This document shows positions 20,032-30,008 of a stretch of 63,901 bases of DNA, in pieces (position 1 is the stretch's first letter; each line of letters starts with the position of its first letter). Under the pieces are notes generated by a model. The model did not search any database, was not told the origin of the DNA, and was given only the letters and a program-made list of their open reading frames with translations. The stretch spans positions 1-63,901 of IMG/VR virus record IMGVR_UViG_3300036768_000681, one strand, 5' to 3'. Made by a program: the position numbers and the translations under genes. This stretch comes from a virus. Lineage: Duplodnaviria; Caudoviricetes.

Positions 20032-20487
20032 ATGATACCAACGCAACGAGAAAAGATAATTGATTTGCTCAAGTTAAGATTAGAAGCAATAAGAATGGCG
20101 AATGGATATAGGACTAATGTTGGTGAGAATGTATTTGTCTGGAGAGTTTCACCGATAACGGAGAATGAAATTCCTTGCATAGTTATTCAAGATACTATAG
20201 TTGAACCGATTAGTGAGAAGTCGGTAAGTAGTATGCAAGTTCTGGATGCTGGAATGAATGTAGATATTCTATGTTATACAAAGGGTGGAAGTGCAGTTAG
20301 GGAATTAAGAGATAGTTTGTATGATATATATAAAGCAATTGGAAAAGATGTTTCATTTGATAGTAATGTGATTGATATAGAGATATTGAGTGATGAGATT
20401 ACTGCAGAGCAAGAAGATCGTAAGATTGCAGTTGGTAAGATAGCATTAAGAATAAAATTTAGAACAAGAAAATGGGAGAATGAGTAA
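20032..20487 (+). CDS. Tail terminator protein
   Basis: REKII..L...L..I..ANGY.T; synteny. Confidence 0.6.
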   Translation: MIPTQREKIIDLLKLRLEAIRMANGYRTNVGENVFVWRVSPITENEIPCIVIQDTIVEPISEKSVSSMQVLDAGMNVDILCYTKGGSAVRELRDSLYDIYKAIGKDVSFDSNVIDIEILSDEITAEQEDRKIAVGKIALRIKFRTRKWENE

Positions 20488-20618
20488 TGGAAGAGATTAT
20501 AATTGAAATTAAAGAAGAAAAGGTTGGAAGTTATGTTATTGATGATGATGGGAAAATTATTCCGAATGAACAAGATGAAGCAATGAAAGAAAGGAGTAAA
20601 AAAAATGATAGCGAATAG
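20487..20618 (+). CDS. Small hypothetical protein (43 aa)
   Basis: TAATG coupling with upstream gene, fills the gap before the tail tube; below the ORF-track cutoff. Confidence 0.45.
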   Translation: MEEIIIEIKEEKVGSYVIDDDGKIIPNEQDEAMKERSKKNDSE

Positions 20619-21537
20619 ATATCTTGTATTAGCCAAGATTGAGGGTTCTTATGGAGTTGATCCAATTCCGACAACTTCAGCGAATGCAATTATAACGACC
20701 AAGCCGACATTTGAAATTATTGAAAAGTCACTTGAGAGACCATATGTATTGCCTGCATATGGGAAGCCACCGCAGATGAAAGTTGGTGAGGGTGTGAAAG
20801 TATCATTTGCAACTGAGTTCAAGGGTTCTGGAAGTGCAGGGACGGCTCCAAAGATTGGTGCATTGATTAGAGCTTGTAATTTCACAGAGACAATTCAAGC
20901 TATGAGTTCAGTCACATATAAACCTAATAGTTCGCAGGATGGAGAGAGTGTAACATTATACATATATATTGATGGTATATTCCATAAGGTTCACGGATGT
21001 GTTGGGAGTTTTAAATTTAATGGTGGTCTTAATGAGATAGCAAAGCTTGAATTTGAATTTACTGGATTATATGGTGGAGCATCAATGATAAAGGATACGA
21101 CATTTCCGTCATATACATTGGATACAGTTAATCCAATAGTTTTTAGAAATGCACAGGTGAGTTTTAACTCTGCTAATTACATAACTAAAAATGTTACATT
21201 TGATATTGGTAATGCAATATCTCCGAGAAAGAATGTGAATGCATCAACTGGAGTTGAGAGATATTTTGTTAGCAATAGAGATGTTAAGGGGACGATACAA
21301 TTTGAAGTAGTTAGATTGGACATAGAAGATCCATTTTCGAATTGGGAGAACCAGATACAAAATGATTTAATGTTTGTTGTTGGAACTGAGACTGGAAATA
21401 GATGTGATATATATATGCCGAGAGTTGCCCTTGATGTTCCAAAGTATGGTGATGATGAGAATATATTGATTTGGGATTTATCTTTTCGAGCATTGACACT
21501 CAATGGAAATGATGAAATTCAATTGGTGTTTCAATGA
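20605..21537 (+). CDS. Tail tube (major tail) protein
   Basis: LAKIE..YG.DP, G.G.AGTAP..G.L.RAC; synteny. Confidence 0.75.
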   Translation: MIANRYLVLAKIEGSYGVDPIPTTSANAIITTKPTFEIIEKSLERPYVLPAYGKPPQMKVGEGVKVSFATEFKGSGSAGTAPKIGALIRACNFTETIQAMSSVTYKPNSSQDGESVTLYIYIDGIFHKVHGCVGSFKFNGGLNEIAKLEFEFTGLYGGASMIKDTTFPSYTLDTVNPIVFRNAQVSFNSANYITKNVTFDIGNAISPRKNVNASTGVERYFVSNRDVKGTIQFEVVRLDIEDPFSNWENQIQNDLMFVVGTETGNRCDIYMPRVALDVPKYGDDENILIWDLSFRALTLNGNDEIQLVFQ

Positions 21538-21926
21538 TAAAGATTAATGATAACATTGAAAAAATTGTTGTAAAAGTTGGAGAAGATGAAATACTCTTCT
21601 ATGTGAGGAAGCCGAAGACTTCTGAGAAGATAGATTATCAAAGGAAGACATTTGAATTTCTTTCAGGAGAGAAGTCTGGAGAGGCATTTCAGAAGCAACT
21701 TGAATATCACATTGAGCTTGGAATGAAGCATATTACAGGATTTAGAGAAGGTGATATTGAGTATGAAGGGAAAATAATTAGTTCAGATGAGAAGAGTGAG
21801 AATTATTATCCAAAATGGAAGGAAGTGATAAAAGAACATCTTGGTGAAGTAGTTTCGAAATTGATAGAAGAGATATACAATGTTGGTAAGGTCGAGGTGA
21901 AGAAAGTCCCTTTCGAGAGGAATTGA
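21534..21926 (+). CDS. Tail assembly chaperone (G-like)
   Basis: Between tube and tape measure; ends in slippery C CCT TTC. Confidence 0.65.
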   Translation: MIKINDNIEKIVVKVGEDEILFYVRKPKTSEKIDYQRKTFEFLSGEKSGEAFQKQLEYHIELGMKHITGFREGDIEYEGKIISSDEKSENYYPKWKEVIKEHLGEVVSKLIEEIYNVGKVEVKKVPFERN

Positions 21927-22198
21927 AACAATGGTTAGAGAGTTGCACACCAGAGAAGAGAGAAAGATGTCGAAAGAATTTTCCAAATGAAGAGATATGG
22001 AAAAAAGCGTGCGAGAGTTGTTTAAGTGCGAAGCAATTCGAACCTTCTGTGGAGTTCGCACATATATATCAACTATATCTCCTGCAATATGCGGGAGTTC
22101 AATTTTCTATAGATGATTTGAGTTATGAAGAATGGATGTTACTTGGAGAATTAAAAATAGCAATAGAGGAATATAGGTTAAATGGCTTCAACAAGTGA
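21908..22198 (+). CDS. Tail chaperone GT-like extension via -1 frameshift
   Basis: The -1 frame is open from heptamer CCCTTTC (21908-21914) into ORF 21923-22198. Confidence 0.6.
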   Translation, partial: PFREELKQWLESCTPEKRERCRKNFPNEEIWKKACESCLSAKQFEPSVEFAHIYQLYLLQYAGVQFSIDDLSYEEWMLLGELKIAIEEYRLNGFNK

Positions 22199-23897
22199 AG
22201 AAGTAAAGATAAAAATAACGGGTGATAATAATTCGATAAAAAAAGCACTTAATGAAGTTCAGACTTCATTAAGAGGGCTTGAAGATGTTACGAGAGGTCC
22301 GATAAATGCTTTAGGTGGATTGACTAATTTAATGGGGATAGGACTTACTGCAGGAATTAGTGCAGCAGTATATGGATTTGGAACCTTGATGAAGCAAGCG
22401 ATTGATACTGCAGATGAGATGAATAAGATGTCGCAAAAGATTGGAGTGAGTGTTGAATTTCTTTCAAAGATGAGATATGCACTGGATTTGAGTGATGTAA
22501 GTATGGAGCAATTTCAAGTTGCAATGACAAGATTAAGTGCGTATATGCAGGAGAATAATATTACAGGTAATCTTGAAGAACAATTACTGAAGATAGCGGA
22601 TCAATTTTCTAATGCTAAGGATAGTTCGGAGAAGACGGCAATTGCTTTAAAATATTTTGGTCGCAGTGGAGCTGAATTAATTCCATTACTTAATCAAGGT
22701 GCGGATGGATTGAAACAAATGATGGAAGAGGCTAAGGCATTAGGATTGGAAATTTCAAAAGAAACGGCAGTTCAGGCGGAAAATTTGAATGATCAAATGA
22801 AAGTTTTAAAATATCAGTTAGAAGGAATTGCCATACAAGTGTTACCTGGATTGCTTGATATGATACAATTTATGGTATATCAGTTTAAACATCTTGGATT
22901 GACAATAAAAGCTTATCTATTTCAATCTGGTGATGCAATCAATAAACTAGTTGATGGATATGAAGCTGAAAAGGCTCAGATGTTGGATAATGCAAAAAAG
23001 AGAGAACAATTAAATAAAGTTATGGAAGAGACGAATGAGAAGAGGAAAAAAGAAGAGGAAAGATTAAAGAGAATAAATGATGAATATCAGAAGTTATTAG
23101 CTAATACGGAAGATGAAATTAAATTCTATATAATGGGTGGCAAGAAAGCTGATGATTATACAAAGGAATTAATAAGATTACAAATTCAATATGATCATTG
23201 GATTAAGAAATTTGGAGAGGCGAAAGCGAAGAAGTTATTTGAAAAGCAAGAATTTTTAATCTTCTTGAAATATGTTGATGAAATGCCCGCGAAAGAAACG
23301 ATGATTGATCCAGTAATACAAGCGAGGGTGGAGGCATATCAAAAGGATTTGGAAAATTTTCAACAATATTCAACTGAGAAGCAGTCATTGATTAGTGATT
23401 TATCAGCATTTGAAATATTGACGGCATCGATGACGATGGAAGAATATCAGGAAGGATTTTCAATATTAAGGAATAGTATTGATGGTATTATGGAATATGT
23501 GGGAAAGCAAAGTGAAAGTGGATTTCAATTATTCAAAGCATATAAGAAAGCAGAGGCAATGATAAGTGCATATAGTGCAGCAGTGAAAGCGTATGAAAGT
23601 TTAGTTGGAATTCCAATAATTGGACCAGTTCTTGCGACTGCTGCAGCTGCAGCGGCGCTTGCATTTGGATTAGCACAAGTGAGTATGATTAATAGTATTC
23701 AGAGAGGTTCAGGAGGTGGTGGAAGTGTTAGAGCAACAGCACCGACAATTCCTGCGGTTCCGAGAAGTGAAGTTCCGAAAGGTGAAAGTGGTGGAAAGCA
23801 AGTCACGATAAATATATATGGGAGTGTAGTAGATCACGATAAGTTTGCAAGAGAATTAATTCCAAGTATTAGAAAAGCAGTGATGGATGGAGTATGA
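22182..23897 (+). CDS. Tape measure protein
   Basis: Long helical Ala-rich protein; FGRSGAELIPLLNQG motif. Confidence 0.85.
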   Translation: MASTSEEVKIKITGDNNSIKKALNEVQTSLRGLEDVTRGPINALGGLTNLMGIGLTAGISAAVYGFGTLMKQAIDTADEMNKMSQKIGVSVEFLSKMRYALDLSDVSMEQFQVAMTRLSAYMQENNITGNLEEQLLKIADQFSNAKDSSEKTAIALKYFGRSGAELIPLLNQGADGLKQMMEEAKALGLEISKETAVQAENLNDQMKVLKYQLEGIAIQVLPGLLDMIQFMVYQFKHLGLTIKAYLFQSGDAINKLVDGYEAEKAQMLDNAKKREQLNKVMEETNEKRKKEEERLKRINDEYQKLLANTEDEIKFYIMGGKKADDYTKELIRLQIQYDHWIKKFGEAKAKKLFEKQEFLIFLKYVDEMPAKETMIDPVIQARVEAYQKDLENFQQYSTEKQSLISDLSAFEILTASMTMEEYQEGFSILRNSIDGIMEYVGKQSESGFQLFKAYKKAEAMISAYSAAVKAYESLVGIPIIGPVLATAAAAAALAFGLAQVSMINSIQRGSGGGGSVRATAPTIPAVPRSEVPKGESGGKQVTINIYGSVVDHDKFARELIPSIRKAVMDGV

Positions 23898-24616
23898 AAC
23901 CAATAATTCTATATTATAACAAGATTAAGGATGCGATTTATATTAATGCAAGTGAAACAGGTTCAGGGAATGTGCTTAATTTAATTGATTATAAAGCACA
24001 TACGATATGGAAAGCAAGTTCTACAGGGATTAAAAATATTTATCTTGAGTGGAATTCAAATAATTATTTTAGTGCTATTGGATTAGTTAATCATAATATA
24101 CGGCAAATAGAAGTAATTAATAATATGAATGATGAGACATTGCTTAATAGAACCATTGATAATAATGATGTGAAATTGTTTACATTTCCACGAACTGGAA
24201 CAACAGAGATAAGAATAAGGCTAACTAATTTTACAGAAATTCCATATTGTGGTGAGATGATATTGGGAGAGTATATGGAATTTCCGCAACCAGTTGATGC
24301 ACCATATTCTCCATATATAGAAGAACCAGAGATTGAAGGGGAATATTCAAAGACTGGTGTATTAATTGGGGTAAATTATAAATATGCGAAAGTGAGTGCT
24401 AATCCGAGATTTAGTTTAATTGATAAAAGATGGATTGAAGAAAATTACATTCCATTTTGGAATGATCACGCAAAATTAGGGAAACCATTTTTATTCGCTT
24501 ATGATCTTGATAATGATCCAGTAGTAATATATGGTAAGATAAATGGAAGGTTAGAACTTCCGAGAGAGATTAGAAATTATGTTAATCTTGAATTCACGAT
24601 AGAAGGATTGAAATGA
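23894..24616 (+). CDS. Distal tail-like protein
   Basis: Synteny after tape measure. Confidence 0.5.
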   Translation: MKPIILYYNKIKDAIYINASETGSGNVLNLIDYKAHTIWKASSTGIKNIYLEWNSNNYFSAIGLVNHNIRQIEVINNMNDETLLNRTIDNNDVKLFTFPRTGTTEIRIRLTNFTEIPYCGEMILGEYMEFPQPVDAPYSPYIEEPEIEGEYSKTGVLIGVNYKYAKVSANPRFSLIDKRWIEENYIPFWNDHAKLGKPFLFAYDLDNDPVVIYGKINGRLELPREIRNYVNLEFTIEGLK

Positions 24617-26631
24617 GTAGTTATGATGACAGAATAAATGAGATTTCAAGAACTAAGATATATCTTGTTAAGATATATCTTGATATTTGCACAAGGACAT
24701 TTGGAGTAAGTCCTTGCAATGCTACTGGAATAAAATGTTATAATACAATAGCGACTTGTAAGTATACGAATGCTTATAATAAAAGTAGTAAGGAATATAA
24801 GTTTTGTTCGTTATATGTTATACATAATCTATATAATGCAAGACCTTATGTGATAAATGTTGACTTTTATTCACAAGAATTAAAAGAAGATAATACAGTT
24901 AGCGGAAGAATTAAGATTAAGATGTATGATGAATGGGATATTGATGTTGAAATGGATCCGTATTGGAGTGATAGGTATATTAACATTGAGCAGGTTAAGG
25001 GGACATTTTGGAAGAAGTTAATTGTGCGTAATCCTAATTATGTAGGTAAGAGAATTGAAGTTTATGAAGGTTTTGATGGAATTTTGGAAAATGAGATGAA
25101 ATTGATGTTCGTTGGTACATTAGAAAATATTACATTCGATAAGAATACTGTTACAATAGAAGCAAAAGATATTTTAGGTTCATTAAGTGATATAAGTTAT
25201 CCAATTAGTGTTGATGTTGCAATAAGTGAAGATATTCCAGAGATACACACGGCGAGTTCTGATCAAGGAATGATAAGTCTGAATGCAATGAGTGGAGATT
25301 ATTGTAAGAGAACAGATTTTCTTTCAATGCAATTACATCTTACTCCTCAGGATCTTGGTGGTTCTCTTACGAGTGGATTATATGACTATATGGTAGTTGC
25401 GTATGATATATATGATAGACCTTTGGCGAAAGTAATAGGAAGTGTGTATGTGGATAATGGAATGGGTGAGAATGGTGTTATATTATCTTGGTATAGTGTT
25501 ACAAATGCAAGTTATTATTGTGTTTATAAATATAACAACTTTGATCAATATAAAAAGACTTCGTTAACTTATCTGGATGATCTTGGTGAAGTTTGGGATG
25601 CTGGAACTCCACCAGAAGAGGCTGAAAGATATTATGTATTGAATGGAAGACCAGAGATATTAAGTAATTGGAGTGTATTTGCGGGCTTGTTTACAATCAA
25701 ATTAACAAATAGTAATATACTTCCTGCAACAAATGGATGGATAAGGATAGAAGATGAAGTTATTAATTATGGAATGAATGACACGGGGACGAAGACATTG
25801 TTAGAATGTAGAAGAGGAATGTTTGGAACTCCAACAAAAAGACATTCAAATATTACAAAAGTTAAGTTGCTGGCAAGATACGAACCGCAGAATCCGTTTG
25901 TATTACTTTATAATTTACTTTCTACTTATGTTGGTTTAAATAATATAGATAGCACTACATTTAATAATTATGCAACGAGCTGGACAGGGATTAATTTTTC
26001 ATTAAAACCTGTAATAAAAGATAAGAAATTGAGTGAATTATATTTTGATGCAGTTAATATGATGAATTGTAATAGTTGGGTAAATGAAGAAGGGAAGATA
26101 ACGATCAGAAAGTATGATGATGAAATTGGACTGGAAGAGATTAAAGATGATGATATAATTCAGGGAAGTGATAGTTGTGAATTTGACATTGATGAGAGAT
26201 ATACAAGAGTGAATATTAATTGGCATAAGATTGATTTAACTCAAGATGATAATGAAGATAATTTTAAATATCAAAACTTGAGCATAAGTTCAGTGATGGA
26301 AAGTGATAAATGGTATGGGAAGTCAAGAGAGAAGAGTTACAAAACGCTTTTTATTAATGAAGATTGTGGAGTTAATGGATTAACTCCGAATGATTACATA
26401 TCAAGTCTTGGTGCGAATATTTTGAGCCGACTAAAAAAAGCACCATTGATTGTGGAATGTGAATTAGAGATGAAGGATCAAAATAGAATTAGATTGGGTG
26501 ATGTTATATTATTAACAAGTGATATTATGTGTGATTATTATGGAAAAAATTTGAATAAGAAAAAGTTTATTGTTATTAAAAAGGAAATAGTTGATAACAG
26601 AGTAAAGATTAAATTAAAAGAAAAATTTTAG
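24613..26631 (+). CDS. Tail tip/hub protein
   Basis: Synteny; N-terminal Cys cluster; IEDEVI.Y...RGMFGT...H domain. Confidence 0.55.
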   Translation: MSSYDDRINEISRTKIYLVKIYLDICTRTFGVSPCNATGIKCYNTIATCKYTNAYNKSSKEYKFCSLYVIHNLYNARPYVINVDFYSQELKEDNTVSGRIKIKMYDEWDIDVEMDPYWSDRYINIEQVKGTFWKKLIVRNPNYVGKRIEVYEGFDGILENEMKLMFVGTLENITFDKNTVTIEAKDILGSLSDISYPISVDVAISEDIPEIHTASSDQGMISLNAMSGDYCKRTDFLSMQLHLTPQDLGGSLTSGLYDYMVVAYDIYDRPLAKVIGSVYVDNGMGENGVILSWYSVTNASYYCVYKYNNFDQYKKTSLTYLDDLGEVWDAGTPPEEAERYYVLNGRPEILSNWSVFAGLFTIKLTNSNILPATNGWIRIEDEVINYGMNDTGTKTLLECRRGMFGTPTKRHSNITKVKLLARYEPQNPFVLLYNLLSTYVGLNNIDSTTFNNYATSWTGINFSLKPVIKDKKLSELYFDAVNMMNCNSWVNEEGKITIRKYDDEIGLEEIKDDDIIQGSDSCEFDIDERYTRVNINWHKIDLTQDDNEDNFKYQNLSISSVMESDKWYGKSREKSYKTLFINEDCGVNGLTPNDYISSLGANILSRLKKAPLIVECELEMKDQNRIRLGDVILLTSDIMCDYYGKNLNKKKFIVIKKEIVDNRVKIKLKEKF

Positions 26632-26643
26632 GAGGATAAAAAA

Positions 26644-26970
26644 ATGAAAAGATATTTAGCATTATTAATATTGATATTCGTAATAGTTAGTTCAATTAAA
26701 GCTCAACAGAGGTGGAAAGTAAGTCAAGGAACTACAGGAACTTCCGTTGATACGGTTTACTTTGGAATTCCTTATTGGGGTTTGTATGTTGAAAATCAAG
26801 GGGAATTTTCCGACACATTATGGGTATGGCAGATAACAAGTCCAGGTGTGAATGATAAGATAATGTTAACAGGTGGAGAAGGATTTTATTTTCCAAGTTC
26901 AGCACCGAATTATTATGTATTTCTCAAGAGTAATGGTAATGTAAAGAGAAGAGTTATAGTTACATATTAG
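26644..26970 (+). CDS. Signal-peptide-bearing tail-region protein (homolog of 62301-62615)
   Basis: MKRYLALLILIFVIVSSIKA-Q; GTTGT.VDT..F shared. Confidence 0.65.
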   Translation: MKRYLALLILIFVIVSSIKAQQRWKVSQGTTGTSVDTVYFGIPYWGLYVENQGEFSDTLWVWQITSPGVNDKIMLTGGEGFYFPSSAPNYYVFLKSNGNVKRRVIVTY

Positions 26971-26982
26971 GAGGAATTAGTT

Positions 26983-28548
26983 ATGAAAAAGGTAATATTA
27001 TTAATATTAATACTTGTATTACAAGTATATTCGCAGGTTGTGGTTAAATCACCACAATACTTTGAACGATTAGATAATCAGACAATTCGATTGAAGGCTG
27101 GAATGAATAATCTATGGTTCGGTAATGGTGGGTTTCGCTGGCTAAATAATCAATTACAATTTAGTAATGATTTAACAAACTGGTATGCTATTCCTCAATC
27201 ACTTACTCAAGGCGGGGGATGGACATTAGGATTTAATAAAATTTATCAATCTACAGCAGGCACTCCAGTTCACATAAGAACTAATGCGGGTGATACAACT
27301 GGGTCAGGACTGCTTAATGTTTATGGACATCTAAGTGTGGTTCCATCTTCTTCGGCATCAAATGTGTTGACAACGAAATCGCTTCAATCAACAGCACCGC
27401 TTGGTAGTGAATTAGTTACGAATGGGACTTTCGATAGTAACACTGGATGGACTTGGGGGACAGGATGGGTCTACGATGCTACTAATCAAGAAGCAGATCA
27501 TACTACTTTCAACACAGCACCATTGACACAAACAATTAATGTAGTGAGCGGAACAACTTATCAAATTAGTTTTCAAATTAAAAATATGACTACAGGCTCG
27601 GTCACTATAGATATTGGTGGGGTATTTGTGACTAATTATGGTTCATATATTAGTTTTGATTATAATAGCACATTTAATAGAACACTTGTTGCGAACAGCA
27701 CTGGCAGTGTTTTATTATCTATTACTCCAACGAGTAACTTTGATGGCAGTATTGACAATGTTTCTATAAAAGCTATTACTGGCACTTCACAACCTAACTT
27801 AAGTTTCATTGACGAGACAGATAATGTTTTTGCCGACTTAAGGGGAAATAAATCATTATCTAATATCGCTTTGGGTTTAGGGGATTTAAGTTCGAATACC
27901 ACTGGTTATTATAATTCAGCATTTGGTCACTATACTCTTTATTCCAATACCATTGGTTATAATAATTCGGCGTTTGGTCGTGATGTCCTTTACAATAATA
28001 CTACTGGATTTGATAACTCAGCATTTGGTCTGGGCGTTCTTCATTTCAACACCAGTGGATATAAAAATTCAGCGTTTGGCGTAGACGCTCTGCATTTCAA
28101 CACCACTGGTTATAGCAATTCAGCATTCGGACGAGACGCTCTCTTTTTCAATACCACTGGATATTACAATTCGGCGTTGGGGTCAAACGCAGGTGCTTCA
28201 ATAACAACTGGTTATAATAATGTTTTCGTAGGTTATGACGCAGGATATAATGGTTCGCAAAAAGTTGATGCTCAAAATTCAATTGCTATCGGTGCTAATA
28301 CTTATACTACTAATAATAATCAAGTAGTAATTGGTAGTGGGACAACAACTCACGGATTGGGGAAAATACCAGATTTGACGGGCAATGGGTTAGATATTAA
28401 TGGGACTACAATAAGACTTCAATTTAGAACAATAAGTTCACCGACAGCTACAGGTAATGTTGGTGAGATGTGTTATGATGCTAATTACATTTACATTTGT
28501 ATTGCAACTAATACTTGGAAAAGAATTCCAATTCCATCAAGTTGGTAG
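26983..28548 (+). CDS. Tail fibre/adhesin-like protein with 14-aa beta-roll repeats and N-terminal signal peptide
   Basis: ELVTNGTFD carbohydrate-binding-like domain; NTTGYYNSAFG..AL repeats; C-terminal YIYICIATNTWKR. Confidence 0.75.
   Translation: MKKVILLILILVLQVYSQVVVKSPQYFERLDNQTIRLKAGMNNLWFGNGGFRWLNNQLQFSNDLTNWYAIPQSLTQGGGWTLGFNKIYQSTAGTPVHIRTNAGDTTGSGLLNVYGHLSVVPSSSASNVLTTKSLQSTAPLGSELVTNGTFDSNTGWTWGTGWVYDATNQEADHTTFNTAPLTQTINVVSGTTYQISFQIKNMTTGSVTIDIGGVFVTNYGSYISFDYNSTFNRTLVANSTGSVLLSITPTSNFDGSIDNVSIKAITGTSQPNLSFIDETDNVFADLRGNKSLSNIALGLGDLSSNTTGYYNSAFGHYTLYSNTIGYNNSAFGRDVLYNNTTGFDNSAFGLGVLHFNTSGYKNSAFGVDALHFNTTGYSNSAFGRDALFFNTTGYYNSALGSNAGASITTGYNNVFVGYDAGYNGSQKVDAQNSIAIGANTYTTNNNQVVIGSGTTTHGLGKIPDLTGNGLDINGTTIRLQFRTISSPTATGNVGEMCYDANYIYICIATNTWKRIPIPSSW
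27134..28255 (+). repeat. Tail-fibre segment, copy 1 (near-identical to 62780-63901)
   Basis: Direct nucleotide match with scattered substitutions. Confidence 0.95.
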
Positions 28549-28572
28549 TAACAATTAAGAAAGGAGCTTGCT

Positions 28573-28827
28573 ATGTTTGAAATTAAAATCAAACCTAAAC
28601 AGATTTATTTCGATGCTACAAAACCTAAGGCTAATAGTCTTTTAGTTTGTGTAGAAGAACTTATTCCAAACGAAAAAGCTCAATTTTCGGTTCAATTCAG
28701 AAATAATGAATATGGGACATTAGATCAAGTAATTCTGAATTTAGAAGGACAAGAATATCAAAGCTGGGTTGATGATAATTACTTAATTAATTGGATTGTG
28801 AATAAGCTTGGGGTTGAAAAAGAATGA
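28573..28827 (+). CDS. Putative tail fibre chaperone
   Basis: Follows fibre gene; EY.SW.DD.Y.INW....LG. Confidence 0.5.
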   Translation: MFEIKIKPKQIYFDATKPKANSLLVCVEELIPNEKAQFSVQFRNNEYGTLDQVILNLEGQEYQSWVDDNYLINWIVNKLGVEKE

Positions 28828-28908
28828 TTATTCAATTAGTGTTATTCACATTAGAATTCTCACTTTAATTATTTCAATTACTTTATTGATAATACTTTGG
28901 AGGTTAGT

Positions 28909-29142
28909 ATGAAAGATTTATATCAAGTGACTAAAGATTTTTTATTGCAAAAAGCAGTGCCATTCCTGACTAAATATGTTGTCAGATGGTCAATAAAGTT
29001 TGTTGGTAGTGTGCTTGTGTATTTAGGATATACGCAAACGCAGTATGAAGAGTTTGTATCTGGGCTTGTATTATTCGTAGTTGGTATTTTGTGGACACTT
29101 TTTACAGATAAGGTATTAGGCAAAAAGGACACATTGTCATAA
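28909..29142 (+). CDS. Putative holin
   Basis: Near-identical to 18-251. Confidence 0.6.
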   Translation: MKDLYQVTKDFLLQKAVPFLTKYVVRWSIKFVGSVLVYLGYTQTQYEEFVSGLVLFVVGILWTLFTDKVLGKKDTLS

Positions 29143-29193
29143 TGGATGTAATTTTTCTTTTATCATTAATATTCATCTGGAGGCTTTTGAAAG

Positions 29194-29544
29194 ATGCGAA
29201 AGAAAGAACCGAATAAAGAGCAAGTGAAAGATTGTGCTAAAGAATTACAGGCGGTATCAAAAAAAGTTGATGATGTTATTAATGAGATGATGGTATTACG
29301 GGGATTTGTAGAACAAAAATTTCAAGAAGTTGAGCATAAATTAATTGAGCGGACAACTATTGTTATTACAAATGGGGATAACACTCCAAAAGAGATTGTG
29401 GATAGGAATAAGTTTTTTTCTGATTTATATAATAGGACACGATATTCATTTTTATTTCAATCGGTATATAAGTCATTGGGGACAATATTGACAATATTAC
29501 TTATTCTTAATTTAGTATTAACAATCATTGGAAGGTTTAAATGA
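29194..29544 (+). CDS. Coiled-coil membrane protein of lysis cassette
   Basis: Near-identical to 303-653. Confidence 0.5.
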   Translation: MRKKEPNKEQVKDCAKELQAVSKKVDDVINEMMVLRGFVEQKFQEVEHKLIERTTIVITNGDNTPKEIVDRNKFFSDLYNRTRYSFLFQSVYKSLGTILTILLILNLVLTIIGRFK

Positions 29545-30008
29545 AAGGTGGTTTTGATGAATTCGCAAAAGCGATTAGAGAACGGGAGAGTTCGAATAGA
29601 TATGACATTGAAAATAAGTTTGGTTTCTTAGGTGCTTACCAATTTGGTAAAGCAAGACTACTGGATTTAGGAATTTCAATTGATGGATATGGTAAGGATA
29701 CGCATCGAGAAAAATATAAAAAAGCAATGAAGATTACTAAAGAAGAATTTTTGAATACTCCGCATATGCAAGACGGAGCTTTTTTCAGACATTGTCAAAA
29801 TCTAAAACGAATAATTCTTATGCGATATAGACATTTAATTGGTAAAGAAGTTCGTGGCATAAAGCTTACACTTTCTGGTATGATTGCTGGAATTCACTTG
29901 GTTGGACTTGGCGGATTTTTGAAATGGGTTTCTGGTAAAGATGTTAAAGATGGTTATGGGACAAAAATTGAAGAATACTTAACAAAATTTGGAGATTACG
30001 CAATATGA
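29541..30008 (+). CDS. Endolysin, lysozyme-like
   Basis: Near-identical to 650-1117. Confidence 0.75.
   Translation: MKGGFDEFAKAIRERESSNRYDIENKFGFLGAYQFGKARLLDLGISIDGYGKDTHREKYKKAMKITKEEFLNTPHMQDGAFFRHCQNLKRIILMRYRHLIGKEVRGIKLTLSGMIAGIHLVGLGGFLKWVSGKDVKDGYGTKIEEYLTKFGDYAI

Larger units (their letters stand above)
1..28891. mobile_element. Phage A: temperate lambda-like siphovirus genome, ~28.9 kb unit
   Basis: Complete module set (lysis, integrase/repressor, primase, terminase, portal, capsid, tail); the sequence at 1 recurs at 28892. Confidence 0.85.

Noticed and set aside
27880-28255. Diversity-generating retroelement TR/VR pair with 63520-63901
   Set aside because: No reverse transcriptase in the window, both copies are coding, and differences are not confined to adenines.
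1-28891. Phage A as a satellite of phage B
   Set aside because: A encodes its own terminase, portal, capsid, tail and lysis genes.
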